From NCBI GenBank assembly GCA_965267345.1, contig OZ253947.1, positions 398,665 to 462,664 of the forward strand: a stretch of DNA of 64,000 nt, given 5' to 3'. The notes beneath the pieces are model-generated. The model was not told where the DNA came from. It saw only the letters and a program-made list of their open reading frames with translations, and did no database searches. The position numbers were made by a program, and so were the translations under genes. Of this stretch, positions 1 to 9,863 are shown one piece after another. This stretch comes from Minisyncoccota bacterium (GTDB lineage: Bacteria; Patescibacteriota; Minisyncoccia; Phycocordibacterales; UBA2100). Every line of letters starts with the position of its first letter. Within the stretch, counting starts at the first letter, position 1.

Positions 1-240
1 TTTGTTTCGCTCGTCTGAATTGTTCTGGCTGAAGAGGTACTGTGCCAACCCCCAGAAAAATGCAAGTACGGCAAGTGAGAGTACGAGCGGAATCAATAAG
101 CTAATAAGGCCTGCAACGGTCGCAATAACGCCGGCGAGTCCATCCCCTGCACGCGCCGCCGTTTGCGCAAACGAAACTGCCGGCAGTGCAAACGCCACTG
201 CGCTTGAAAAAAAGAGGGCTGATACGGTTTTCATGTTCAT
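1..240 (-). CDS. TrbC/VirB2-like pilin, runs off window edge (not in ORF track)
   Basis: Manual translation MNMKTVSALFFSSAVAFALPAVSFAQ...LIPLVLSLAVLAFFWGLAQYLF...: signal peptide plus hydrophobic helix, similar to the neighbouring pilins. Confidence 0.75.
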   Translation of the reverse strand, partial: MNMKTVSALFFSSAVAFALPAVSFAQTAARAGDGLAGVIATVAGLISLLIPLVLSLAVLAFFWGLAQYLFSQNNSDERNK

Positions 241-340
241 GTCGTAATATTAAAAGGTTTGATAACTACGTACACTCAATGGTACCTGCACCCATCGCGG
301 GTACAAGCAACTGTACGTAAAATATGTGGATAGTGCGCGC

Positions 341-676
341 CTATGTCGCGCTCAAAAGCGTCTGCTGTAAAATCGTAATAATGCCCCACACGCTTGCCAT
401 AACAAATAAAATGGCAATGCCCCACACCAGTGTCTCTTGAAGTCGCTGCTGTTTTTCCGCGTCACCCTTTTGGGATGCCCACAGGCTTCCCACCACATTC
501 CAGAAAAATATCAGCATGGCAACGCCCACGAGCAGCAATACGCCGTCGTTAATCAGATCAACAATATAGTATGCAAGGTCGGCAAACGTACGCGGCGCGG
601 CAAGCGCCACGTGCGCCGGTATCGCAAGCGCGAGTAGCCCCGTAATTACTCCGTGTGCTGTTGCGCGTGCGTACAT
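341..676 (-). CDS. TrbC/VirB2-like pilin
   Basis: Signal peptide and two TM helices; LVWGIAILFVMASVWGII pattern typical of CPR pilin-like proteins. Confidence 0.7.
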   Translation of the reverse strand: MYARATAHGVITGLLALAIPAHVALAAPRTFADLAYYIVDLINDGVLLLVGVAMLIFFWNVVGSLWASQKGDAEKQQRLQETLVWGIAILFVMASVWGIITILQQTLLSAT

Positions 677-683
677 ACCAGCA

Positions 684-1079
684 TTAGCCCGTCACGGCGT
701 CGAGTGTGTTATCGATGAGTTGCGCGAGTGCCCATGCACCCAGCAGCAACGCCATGCCCACAATCGTCCACATAAAGTTGCGCTTGGCCGTCGATAGTTT
801 TTCCGGATTACCCTGTGCAAATACAAAGAGGAATCCGGAATACACGATAAATACGACCGCAATCGGAAAGAGTATAAATACGGCAGCCTCAAGCATTTCT
901 TTAATGAAATCGCCGATGCTGTCGATACGCTGACCGCCAGCAGAGAGCGGATTATTCAATTGCGCTGATGCTTGTACTGGCGCTGCAAGCAGAACGGCTG
1001 CGCAGGTAAAAAAGAGGTGCGTCATATGTCGGTACATAGTGTGTATGGTAGCACACTGCCGCGCGTCGATGCGTGTCAT
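684..1079 (-). CDS. TrbC/VirB2-like pilin (true start probably downstream)
   Basis: IVYSGFLFVFAQGNPEKLSTAKRNFMWTIVG motif. Confidence 0.8.
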   Translation of the reverse strand: MTRIDARQCATIHTMYRHMTHLFFTCAAVLLAAPVQASAQLNNPLSAGGQRIDSIGDFIKEMLEAAVFILFPIAVVFIVYSGFLFVFAQGNPEKLSTAKRNFMWTIVGMALLLGAWALAQLIDNTLDAVTG

Positions 1080-1084
1080 GTGTA

Positions 1085-1387
1085 TTACTTACGCCACACG
1101 AGGTACGCTAGAAATCCTGCCAAGGCGATGAGTAGTACGGTGGATGAAAACCCTGCAAGCGTGGTGCCTACTAACCGAGCCAGTGCCCAGAGACCAAGCA
1201 CGCCGACGGTAATGGCAATACTGATACCAAATGTCTTTTGTGCTTCAGCGATGCCCTCGCCCTTTCCCTGTGCGCTCACAAAACGAAATCCGCTCCACAC
1301 GAGCAATACGGCAAGAAACGGTAGGCTGATGTACACAATCGCATCAATGAATGCGCTAAATATCTGAACAATCTCGTAGGTCAGCAT
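1085..1387 (-). CDS. TrbC/VirB2-like pilin with an extra C-terminal TM
   Basis: VWSGFRFVSAQGKGEGIAEAQK motif, paralogous to the adjacent gene. Confidence 0.7.
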   Translation of the reverse strand: MLTYEIVQIFSAFIDAIVYISLPFLAVLLVWSGFRFVSAQGKGEGIAEAQKTFGISIAITVGVLGLWALARLVGTTLAGFSSTVLLIALAGFLAYLVWRK

Positions 1388-1393
1388 AGACCT

Positions 1394-2710
1394 CTAGGGT
1401 GCGAGTAGTTGTGCCATTTCTTGATTGGCGCGTTGAATAGTGTCAGAAATGCGCAGTGCACCCGACGTCACATCACCGACCATACGTCGAAAGATTGCCT
1501 CGGTTGCGTCAGGCGCCGGATCGTACCACGCATCGGCAATGAGCGCGGCGTTGCGGAATATGAGTGCAACTGGGTCTGTTGGTTCTGTCGCAAGCACGTC
1601 GCGGCGTGGTGACGGCAACCCACGATACTGCGCAAACAGTTTAGAATTTTCCGTACCGGTCAGTACCTGTGCAGCGGTACGCGCGCCGGTGACATTCTGA
1701 CTCGTGCGCGGTACTGCAAGGGCGTACATAGTGCCGAAGGTAACCACGCGCGTGCGGTCGCCTGATTCAATTTGCGGCAGTGGCGCAACATCAAAGTTGA
1801 GATTGCCGTTGCGCGCTTGAATACGTGTGAGGTCGCTTGCCGTACCGACGTAGAGAGCAAGGCGTTCTTGAGCAAACGCATCGATTGAGTTTGGGAGCGA
1901 TCGATTCCACGAGTACACCGACTTTACGGGGTCAGCAAATTCCGTGTAGAAGCGCAGTGCACTCTGTGTCGGCGGCAACCCTGAGCTCGTCTGTCCGACC
2001 GACGTTAAATCGGCAACGAGAGCACCGTCGGCAGTCGTGCCAACAATGGCGCCGCCCGCCTGCAAAATCAGTGTTGCGATGATGTCTTTTGCGTGCGTGA
2101 CATTTCCGTACTCACCAAAGGCAATGGTCGCACGGGTCACGGTATTTGCTTTGTCGCGCTCGGTTATGCGCTCGGCCATCCCAAACAGCTCCCCCCAGTA
2201 CTGCGGCGGTCGTGTGTATCCTGTTTGCGCAAACAGATCACGATTCCAGTAGAGCACCAGCGGGTCAACCGACCACGGCAGTGCATCAATGCCGTCGCCG
2301 GCAATAAACATATCAGCCTCGTTGATAAACGCATCGCGGAAGGCGCGCTCTCCGACAACATCAAACGGGAACGGAATAATCTTGTTTTTATGTTCCGTGA
2401 CATGTGCCTGATCGATAATAAACAAATCAGGGCCCGTGCCATTGGCGAGTGCCTCGGTGATCTCGTCGTAGTAGGTTGCGGGATCTTTCTCTTCATACGA
2501 AACACCGCTTAAGCGCTCATCGTCATTTCGGAGCACACCAAGGTAGCTTTCCACCGTTGCCTCATCAAACGTACCCCAGATGACCACCGTACCAACTTGT
2601 TGCCCACCGCCACCGGCGCTCATCGTCGCGAAAATAAGCACACCGGCAATGATAAAACCGATGAATACAAAAAAGACCACTGTTTGAAAAATGCTTCGCT
2701 TCTCTTTCAT
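1394..2710 (-). CDS. Extracellular solute-binding protein (sugar ABC family 1), membrane anchored
   Basis: N-terminal TM; GPDLF, LYWNRDLF, PPQYW, FDVAPLPQ motifs. Confidence 0.85.
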   Translation of the reverse strand: MKEKRSIFQTVVFFVFIGFIIAGVLIFATMSAGGGGQQVGTVVIWGTFDEATVESYLGVLRNDDERLSGVSYEEKDPATYYDEITEALANGTGPDLFIIDQAHVTEHKNKIIPFPFDVVGERAFRDAFINEADMFIAGDGIDALPWSVDPLVLYWNRDLFAQTGYTRPPQYWGELFGMAERITERDKANTVTRATIAFGEYGNVTHAKDIIATLILQAGGAIVGTTADGALVADLTSVGQTSSGLPPTQSALRFYTEFADPVKSVYSWNRSLPNSIDAFAQERLALYVGTASDLTRIQARNGNLNFDVAPLPQIESGDRTRVVTFGTMYALAVPRTSQNVTGARTAAQVLTGTENSKLFAQYRGLPSPRRDVLATEPTDPVALIFRNAALIADAWYDPAPDATEAIFRRMVGDVTSGALRISDTIQRANQEMAQLLAP

Positions 2711-2721
2711 GATTTACCCTA

Positions 2722-3558
2722 TCATACCAGCTCTTGCGCAATTGTGCGTTTGATAAAGTCGGTGTCATCGGCTGTCGGAGCCTGTGCGGCACGTGCCGCT
2801 GCGTCGCTCCCTGCAGCCGATTTGGTGCACACAATGCCGTAGTGGTACTCGCCTGCCGGAAAGTCGCGCTTGAGGACAAATCCGTTATCGGTACACAGCA
2901 GCACTGCTTCGGGACGTCGCACGACAACCTCCTTCGGCGGTCCCACGCCCCCGAATGAATCGCTCCAATCAATGAGTACTAGTGTGCCTGATGGCTTCAG
3001 TGTTCGATAGGCTTCTTTAATGACGGCAATGCGATCTTCAACCTGAAAAAGTGTGTTGGAAATAATGACGACGTCGAGTGTTTCGTCGGCGATTTTTGTT
3101 CCCTCAGATGCTTCGATATTGCCCCATACCACTTCGACATTTTCAAAGCCGCCCTTCACCATTTCATTTTGAATACGGGTGAGGAGCGTCTGCTGCACCT
3201 CGACGGCATACACGCGCCCAGTAGTACCGACGATACGCGCCAGTGGTGCAATGTACTCGCCCGAGCCTGCACCAAAATCAGCAACGTGCATGCCTTCGCG
3301 CACGTGGAGTTGTCGCGCAACCTGCTGTGGCTTCACAAATGTACCCTCCGAGGAGACAGCCTGCTGCATTTGCATTTCATTCGCACTCTTCACCCGCGCA
3401 AATTTTTGTGTTGCCATCCGTGTATCGCCGTCGAGTGTTGGTCCTTTGGGCGTCGCATCCTGCTGGGTACCACCAACGCGAATATCAACGTCGGTCCCCC
3501 CGACGCGAATACGCGTCTGTGCACCGTATGCTGCGTGCGAACGATCCATACCCTCCAA
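2722..3558 (-). CDS. Class I SAM-dependent methyltransferase
   Basis: VADFGAGSG motif I; LKPSGTLVLIDW. Confidence 0.85.
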   Translation of the reverse strand: MEGMDRSHAAYGAQTRIRVGGTDVDIRVGGTQQDATPKGPTLDGDTRMATQKFARVKSANEMQMQQAVSSEGTFVKPQQVARQLHVREGMHVADFGAGSGEYIAPLARIVGTTGRVYAVEVQQTLLTRIQNEMVKGGFENVEVVWGNIEASEGTKIADETLDVVIISNTLFQVEDRIAVIKEAYRTLKPSGTLVLIDWSDSFGGVGPPKEVVVRRPEAVLLCTDNGFVLKRDFPAGEYHYGIVCTKSAAGSDAAARAAQAPTADDTDFIKRTIAQELV

Positions 3559-3618
3559 GTATAGCGCACTCCCCGCCTGTCACGCGCGTACATACATCCA
3601 CACCCAAAACGGTGCGCA

Positions 3619-6120
3619 CTACGCCTTATCTTCCTTTGTGAGTGTCACGATTGAGGCAATAGCATCGCCGGAACGGAGCTTCATAATGCGTACGCCCTGC
3701 GTCTGTCGCCCTTGTAGCTTCAAGTCATCAATCGTTGTTCTGATGACCTGCCCGCGCTTCGAGACCGCAACGAGCTCGCCGGTGTCTGCATCGATGACGC
3801 GTGCGCCAATAAGTTCTTTTGTCTTTGGGGTGATATCAACGGTCTTGATGCCCGATCCTGCACGCTTTTGGACCTTATACTCCTTCATAGCGGTCTTCTT
3901 TCCGTACCCGGTTGCCGATACGACGAGCAGTGCGGCATCTTTCGCTCCCTTTTCCACCACACCGGCACCAATGACGGTGTCATCTTTGCCGAGCTTGATA
4001 CCGCGCACACCTGCAGCGGTGCGTCCCATCTCACGTGTATCGGCTTCAGTGAATCGAACCGCCTGACCGTTTTTGGTGATCAAAACGATGTCGTCACCCT
4101 TGGCAACAAAATGTGCTGAAATGAGTCGGTCACCGCCGGTGAGCTTGATAGCAATAAGGCCACTACGACGCACATCAAAGAATTGCGGTGCCGCTGTTTT
4201 CTTCACCGTTCCCTCGCGCGTCACCATTAACAGTGAGAGCTCTTCTGCATCTTTGATATCTTTCGGCATTGGTAGCACTGACGTCACTTGCTCGTCCTGC
4301 TCAAGCTGCAGGAAATTCATAATTGATTTTCCTTTTGTTGAACGCTTGCCTTCAGGAATTTCATACATCTTCGTCTGGTAGACCTTTCCTTTATCGGTAA
4401 AGAACAGTAGATCAGAGTGTGCGCTTGCGGTGAGGAATGTGGTAACTACATCTTCCTCTTTGGTATTCATATCAATGACCCCAACACCACCACGTCGCTG
4501 CGTACGATACTCGCTCGGATTCGTGCGCTTAATGTAGCCGCCGCGGGTCAGCACGAGTGCAAATGCGTCATCAGGGATGAGGTCTTCCATGGAGAAGTTC
4601 TTGGTGCCGCGCTTCATGATTTTCGTGCGGCGATCGTCACCGTACTTCTCTGCCGCCTCTTTCAGCTCTTTCTTAATTTGATTCATCAGCTTCGTCTTAC
4701 TCTTGAGAATACTCTCGAGCTCAGCGATGAGTGTTTGGAGCTCTTTCAGCTCGTCTTCAATTTTTTGTCGCTCAAGGTTCGCCAGCTTCTGCAGGCGCAT
4801 TTCGAGAATTGCCGTGGCCTGCACGTCAGAGAATTTAAAGGTCTTCATGAGTCCGGCGTGTGCTGTCGGCACGTCCTTACTCTTCTTAATGAGCGCGATC
4901 ACCTTGTCGATATTGGCGAGTGCTTTTTTCAGACCCAGCAAGATGTGCTCACGTGCACGTGCTTTGTCGAGATCAAACTGAGTGCGGCGCGTTACCACCT
5001 CAGTGCGGTGTGCAACGTACGACTCAAGCATCGACTTAAGCGGGAGTGTTTTTGGCACACCGTCAATGAGTGCCACCATGTTGTAGTGGAATGTTTCCTC
5101 AAGTTGGGTGTGCTTGTAAAGGTAATTCAGCACCGACTGCGGGTGTGCTGTTCCCTTCAGATCAATCACCACACGAATATCGGTGGTTGATTCGTCACGA
5201 AGCCCTTTAATACCTTCGAGCTTCTTCTGCTGTACCAGGTCGGCAATTTTTGAAATGAGTGTTGCTTTGTTAACGCGGTATGGAATTGACGTAATGACAA
5301 TCTGGAACGTACCTTTTGCTCCTTCGACGATCTCTGCCTCACCACGCACCACCACACCACCGCGCCCGGTTGCGTATGCATGTGCAATGTCTTTCTGATT
5401 AAAGGCAACACATCCTGTTGGGAAATCAGGTCCCTGAATGTATTTGAGTAGATCCTCAGTCGTGCTCGATGGCGTATCAATCAGGTGCATGATGGCATCG
5501 GTCACCTCGCGCAGGTTGTGTGGCGGTATATTTGTTGCCATACCCACAGCAATACCCAGTGTGCCGTTGAGCAAGAGGTTCGGGAGTGCCGCCGGCAACA
5601 CGGTTGGTTCTTTGTGTGTGTTATCAAAGTTTGGGCGGAAGGTAACGGTATCTTTACCGATATCGCGCAGTAGCTCGACGGCAATGGCCGACATTTTCGC
5701 CTCTGTGTAACGGTACGCAGCTGCCGGGTCGCCATCGATGGAACCAAAGTTACCCTGTCCGATAATGAGCGGATAGCGCATCGAAAAATCCTGCGCGAGG
5801 TTGACCATCGAATCGTAGACGGCAGAGTCGCCGTGCGGGTGGTACTTACCGATTACGTCACCGACAACCGTTGCCGACTTGCGTGTCTTGGCATTCGGCG
5901 TCAGACCCGAGTTGTGCATGGCAAAGAGAATGCGACGATGCACCGGCTTCAGTCCGTCACGCACATCAGGAAGCGCACGTGAGGTAATGACACTCATCGC
6001 GTAGTTCAGATACGCTTCGCGCATCTCGCCACTAATGCCTTGGTTGATGACTCCTGCGCGAGTTACCGGCTGTACGTCATCCTTTTTTTTATCGTCATCT
6101 TTTTTCTTTCGTGCTGCCAT
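3619..6120 (-). CDS. gyrA: DNA gyrase subunit A
   Basis: [29 protein letters not shown], GyrA-box QRRGGVG. Confidence 0.98.
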   Translation of the reverse strand: MAARKKKDDDKKKDDVQPVTRAGVINQGISGEMREAYLNYAMSVITSRALPDVRDGLKPVHRRILFAMHNSGLTPNAKTRKSATVVGDVIGKYHPHGDSAVYDSMVNLAQDFSMRYPLIIGQGNFGSIDGDPAAAYRYTEAKMSAIAVELLRDIGKDTVTFRPNFDNTHKEPTVLPAALPNLLLNGTLGIAVGMATNIPPHNLREVTDAIMHLIDTPSSTTEDLLKYIQGPDFPTGCVAFNQKDIAHAYATGRGGVVVRGEAEIVEGAKGTFQIVITSIPYRVNKATLISKIADLVQQKKLEGIKGLRDESTTDIRVVIDLKGTAHPQSVLNYLYKHTQLEETFHYNMVALIDGVPKTLPLKSMLESYVAHRTEVVTRRTQFDLDKARAREHILLGLKKALANIDKVIALIKKSKDVPTAHAGLMKTFKFSDVQATAILEMRLQKLANLERQKIEDELKELQTLIAELESILKSKTKLMNQIKKELKEAAEKYGDDRRTKIMKRGTKNFSMEDLIPDDAFALVLTRGGYIKRTNPSEYRTQRRGGVGVIDMNTKEEDVVTTFLTASAHSDLLFFTDKGKVYQTKMYEIPEGKRSTKGKSIMNFLQLEQDEQVTSVLPMPKDIKDAEELSLLMVTREGTVKKTAAPQFFDVRRSGLIAIKLTGGDRLISAHFVAKGDDIVLITKNGQAVRFTEADTREMGRTAAGVRGIKLGKDDTVIGAGVVEKGAKDAALLVVSATGYGKKTAMKEYKVQKRAGSGIKTVDITPKTKELIGARVIDADTGELVAVSKRGQVIRTTIDDLKLQGRQTQGVRIMKLRSGDAIASIVTLTKEDKA

Positions 6121-6122
6121 AC

Positions 6123-6491
6123 CTACTCGTCGTTTTCTTCGTTGGTAATTATAACGTTCTCCACTGATACGTCACCGTCGCCTTCGGTGCTGATGCGTAC
6201 CGCACGTTTTTGCGCAGCGGTCGCCGTTGCCGACTGTAATTCGCTAAACTGCGTGCGCAGCTCACCCGTCTGCCGCTTCAGTTCTTCAGCAGCCTCGCCG
6301 AGTGACTCAAGTGCGCTTGCTTGCTGTGACTGTACTGTCGGCTGCGGTGCTGCAGTGCCCGATGATGAGAGTACCACAATGCCCCATACGACGAGAAGTA
6401 CTACGCCAACCACAACAGCAACACTCAGTGCGAATGAAAATCGCTCTGCTTCCGGTCGCTGTCGCAATTCGTCAAAAAAACGCATACGCAA
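6123..6491 (-). CDS. Hypothetical single-TM protein
   Basis: One TM plus coiled region; tightly packed in the operon. Confidence 0.6.
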   Translation of the reverse strand: MRMRFFDELRQRPEAERFSFALSVAVVVGVVLLVVWGIVVLSSSGTAAPQPTVQSQQASALESLGEAAEELKRQTGELRTQFSELQSATATAAQKRAVRISTEGDGDVSVENVIITNEENDE

Positions 6492-6495
6492 TGTC

Positions 6496-7128
6496 TTACG
6501 AGGCGATCAGGACGACGTTACTTGACGCCGCTTCGACATCTTTTCGCTTCACCGTCAGCTTATCAACCGGCTTCAACCCTTCGGCGCCCGCCTCCTTAAG
6601 GAACGTCGTGAGTGCTCCTTTCTCGCCCAGGGCGTCGTAGTGTATCGGAATAATAATCTTAGCTTCCAGCGATACAGCGAGTTCGTGTGCCGCATCCGGC
6701 GCCAACACGCCGTCACCGCCAATTGGCACAAAGAGCACATCGACGCTCTCCATGTCCTCAACCACTGACGCAATACCTTTTTTATCGGACAGCGCACCGA
6801 GGAAGAGTACGTTGATGTCTTCAATGCGAACTGAGTAGATGGTGTTAATCGTCGCCTCAGGAGCATATGCAGATTCGGACGGCACGCCTTTCACGAACAC
6901 ATTCTGTACCTCATACTCACCGGGACCGGTAATGGCGAAGGTTTCTGCGCCGCGCGTAGCCACTTCGGCAACACCATTAAAGTCGGGATGGTTCAGTGAG
7001 ACAAAGGCAATGTCAGCGCTAAAGCGTACCGGCGTGAGCTTTGATTTTTTCGAAATAGGATTGAATACGAGTGTCGTCCCGCCTGAGACGATTTTGATGC
7101 ACTCTCCTGTGTGATGGGTGATGATCAT
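6496..7128 (-). CDS. MBL-fold metallo-hydrolase (degenerate metal motif)
   Basis: GPGEYEV, DVLFVPIGG, IIPIHY. Confidence 0.8.
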   Translation of the reverse strand: MIITHHTGECIKIVSGGTTLVFNPISKKSKLTPVRFSADIAFVSLNHPDFNGVAEVATRGAETFAITGPGEYEVQNVFVKGVPSESAYAPEATINTIYSVRIEDINVLFLGALSDKKGIASVVEDMESVDVLFVPIGGDGVLAPDAAHELAVSLEAKIIIPIHYDALGEKGALTTFLKEAGAEGLKPVDKLTVKRKDVEAASSNVVLIAS

Positions 7129-7329
7129 ATGGCTTCAAAATGCGCGCAGGGTACGCACGCTAACGGGAGCAGTATAGCACGATTTTATTGCGTTTTAATG
7201 CAATTCCATTATAGTAGATACGCCCACGCTGGTGGGTTTTTATTAATCACACCGTACTCGTAACCCTGCGGCACACGACCCGCGGACGCACACAGGTGCA
7301 CAGACCGAGTACGCGTATGTTCAACATTT

Positions 7330-8478
7330 ATGAGTACAACACACGAAGAGGAGGTTGCTTCAGCTGGAAGCAAAAAAGACAGCCTCATGACGGCACTGAT
7401 GAACGATGTGCCGAGTGCACCCGTTGTCGGTGACGTGGTTGAAGGACCGGTTATCGATATCGACCGTGGACGCATCTATATTGATTTGCATCCGTTTGGT
7501 ACGGGTATTATTTACGGCCGTGAGTATCTCTCGGCACGTGACATTCTTAAGAACGTAAACCCTGGCGACACCATCGCCGCAAAGGTTGTTGACGTTGAAA
7601 ATGAGGACGGCTACATCGAAGTATCACTTCGCGAGGCGCGTCAGGCGCTCGTATGGGGCGAAGCTGAAGCCGCACTCAAGAACAAGACATCGCTGGAGCT
7701 TCCGGTGAAGGATGCTAACAAGGGTGGCCTTATTATTGAGTGGCAGGGCATTCAGGGATTCCTCCCTGCGTCGCAGCTTGCTGCCGAGCACTACCCGCGT
7801 GTTCCTGACGGTGACAAGGACAAAATCTACGCTGAGCTGATGCAGCTCGTCGGCGAAAAACTCTCGCTGCAAATCATTACGGCTGACGCAAAAGAGCAGA
7901 AGCTCATCTTTACCGAGAAAGGTGCTGAGGATGAAGACAAGGCAGAGCGTGTCGACAAGAAGTACCACGTTGGCGATGTGTACGAAGGTGAAGTAACCGG
8001 CGCAACTGAGTTTGGCGTCTTCGTCAAACTGGAAGACGGCCTCGAAGGCCTCGTGCACATTTCCGAAATGGACTGGGCACTCGTTGAGGATCCAAAAGCA
8101 CGCTACAAAGTGGGCGAGCATGTCCGCGTGAAAGTCATTGATGTGAAAGACGGCAAAGTCTCACTGTCGATTAAGGCGCTCATTGAAGACCCGTGGAAGG
8201 CAGCGTCTGAAACGTACAAAAAAGGTGACACGGTTGACGCTGTGGTCATCAAGTACAACAAGCACGGTGCACTGGCATCAATTGAAGAAGGCGTCGCAGG
8301 ACTCGTGCACGTGTCTGAGTTCGGCTCAAGTGATGCACTTCGCGAAACACTCAACCTTGGTGGTTCATACACCTTTGTCATCACGCTCTTTGAGCCTGAT
8401 GACCACAAAATGACGCTCTCATATACAGAAGCACACGGCGGTACACCGGCTGCTGATAAAAAAGAAGCTGACGCGTAA
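7330..8478 (+). CDS. rpsA: 30S ribosomal protein S1 (four S1 domains)
   Basis: GFLPASQ, FGVFV, GLVHISE, GLVHVSE repeats. Confidence 0.93.
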   Translation: MSTTHEEEVASAGSKKDSLMTALMNDVPSAPVVGDVVEGPVIDIDRGRIYIDLHPFGTGIIYGREYLSARDILKNVNPGDTIAAKVVDVENEDGYIEVSLREARQALVWGEAEAALKNKTSLELPVKDANKGGLIIEWQGIQGFLPASQLAAEHYPRVPDGDKDKIYAELMQLVGEKLSLQIITADAKEQKLIFTEKGAEDEDKAERVDKKYHVGDVYEGEVTGATEFGVFVKLEDGLEGLVHISEMDWALVEDPKARYKVGEHVRVKVIDVKDGKVSLSIKALIEDPWKAASETYKKGDTVDAVVIKYNKHGALASIEEGVAGLVHVSEFGSSDALRETLNLGGSYTFVITLFEPDDHKMTLSYTEAHGGTPAADKKEADA

Positions 8479-8496
8479 GTGCGCAGCGCCGCACGC

Positions 8497-8533
8497 TACA
8501 ACATCGCCTGTCGTTACGACAGGCGATGTTGTA
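8497..8533. terminator. Bidirectional hairpin between convergent rpsA and pth
   Basis: TACAACATCGCCTGTCG-TTA-CGACAGGCGATGTTGTA perfect inverted repeat. Confidence 0.75.
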
Positions 8534-9124
8534 TTAGTTAAAGGTATTCATCGCACGCTCGTGCCCGTGCGCGATAACAGCGTCGAGTGCGCGATGCGCT
8601 GCCTCAATACTCTCGCTGACAACACGTGCTTCCTTTGTCGTAAAATCGCCGAGGACGAAATCGTTGACCGCACGCTCCCCTGCGGGTTTTTTGAGGCGCC
8701 CAAACAGTGACGTTTTGCAAATACCAATGCGTACCCGTACAAAGGCTTTCGTTCCCACGCACTCAATAATTGACGCAACACCCCGATGACCGCCCGTCCC
8801 GCGTCCAAATGAAATGCGAGTCGTACCCAGTGGCAGATCGATGTCGTCATATACGACGATAAGTTGTGCTGCATCGCGTGGGTGTGTCACGTAGGCTGCG
8901 ACGGCGTCACCCGATTTGTTCATATACGTCTCAGGCAACACACAAATGGCCGCCTCTTTCTTGAGCGCCACCTCAGTCACGTACGCATTGGTGTTGCCAT
9001 CGCGTACAAACGGCGGCGCATCGTGTGCAGCTGCGTATTCGCGCACCACGCGTCGGCCGACATTGTGTCGTGTACCATCGTAGGCTTCACCAGGGTTTCC
9101 GAGGCCAACAACTGTCCACTGCAT
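8534..9124 (-). CDS. pth: Peptidyl-tRNA hydrolase
   Basis: VGLGNPG, TRHNVG, PETYMNKSG, GGHRG. Confidence 0.95.
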   Translation of the reverse strand: MQWTVVGLGNPGEAYDGTRHNVGRRVVREYAAAHDAPPFVRDGNTNAYVTEVALKKEAAICVLPETYMNKSGDAVAAYVTHPRDAAQLIVVYDDIDLPLGTTRISFGRGTGGHRGVASIIECVGTKAFVRVRIGICKTSLFGRLKKPAGERAVNDFVLGDFTTKEARVVSESIEAAHRALDAVIAHGHERAMNTFN

Positions 9125-9202
9125 ATAGGCGAAGCATAGCAGGCAACATCCAAAAAGAGAAACTGTTATGTGTCAACACGCGCGCGGTAGTACAATGGCG
9201 CC

Positions 9203-9862
9203 ATGCAGAACGGTTCACACCTCGACACACACGAGCGTGACGAACGTCGTGATGTTTCTCCAGTGGAAAGTGAGCAGCACGCGAATCAATCGAACTCCAT
9301 CCGTGGCATCCTTTTGTTTGCACTGATCATTCTGGTCATTGTGTTGCCGATTCGCCTGTTTGTCGCCAAGCCGTTTATCGTCAGTGGCACGTCAATGTAT
9401 CCAACCTTTGATACCTGGCACTACCTCATCATCGACCAATTAACGTATCGTTTCGACGAACCGCAACGTGGTGATGTCGTCGTGTTTCGCTTTCCGCAAA
9501 ACCCATCGCGCTTCTTTATTAAGCGCATCATCGCCCTCCCCGAAGAAACGATAACCCTCAACGGCAACGAAGTACGCATTAGCAACGAAGCACACCCAGA
9601 AGGGTTTATACTCGATGAGCCCTACCTCTCACCCGACTACCTTAAGGGCTCACAACTCACCACAACGCTTGGCGACGATGAGTACTTCGTTATGGGCGAC
9701 AACCGTAAAGCAAGTGCCGACTCGCGCTACTGGGGACCGCTTGAACTCGACCGCATTGTTGGCCGTGCATACGTACGCCTCTTCCCATTCACCACTATTG
9801 ATATTCTGCCCGGCTCCACGATGTATGCGGAGCCACTTAGTAGTACTAACGACGCATCATAG
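9203..9862 (+). CDS. lepB: Signal peptidase I
   Basis: SGTSMYPT, FIKRII, GDNR..SADSR. Confidence 0.95.
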   Translation: MQNGSHLDTHERDERRDVSPVESEQHANQSNSIRGILLFALIILVIVLPIRLFVAKPFIVSGTSMYPTFDTWHYLIIDQLTYRFDEPQRGDVVVFRFPQNPSRFFIKRIIALPEETITLNGNEVRISNEAHPEGFILDEPYLSPDYLKGSQLTTTLGDDEYFVMGDNRKASADSRYWGPLELDRIVGRAYVRLFPFTTIDILPGSTMYAEPLSSTNDAS

Positions 9863-9863
9863 T

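Noticed and set aside
241-340. Replication origin
   Set aside because: Only one imperfect DnaA-box-like sequence; no box cluster and no dnaA/dnaN nearby.
9615-9863. N-terminal extension of the HisRS-like ORF given in the track
   Set aside because: It overlaps lepB in another frame; the ATG at 9864 right after the lepB stop is more plausible.
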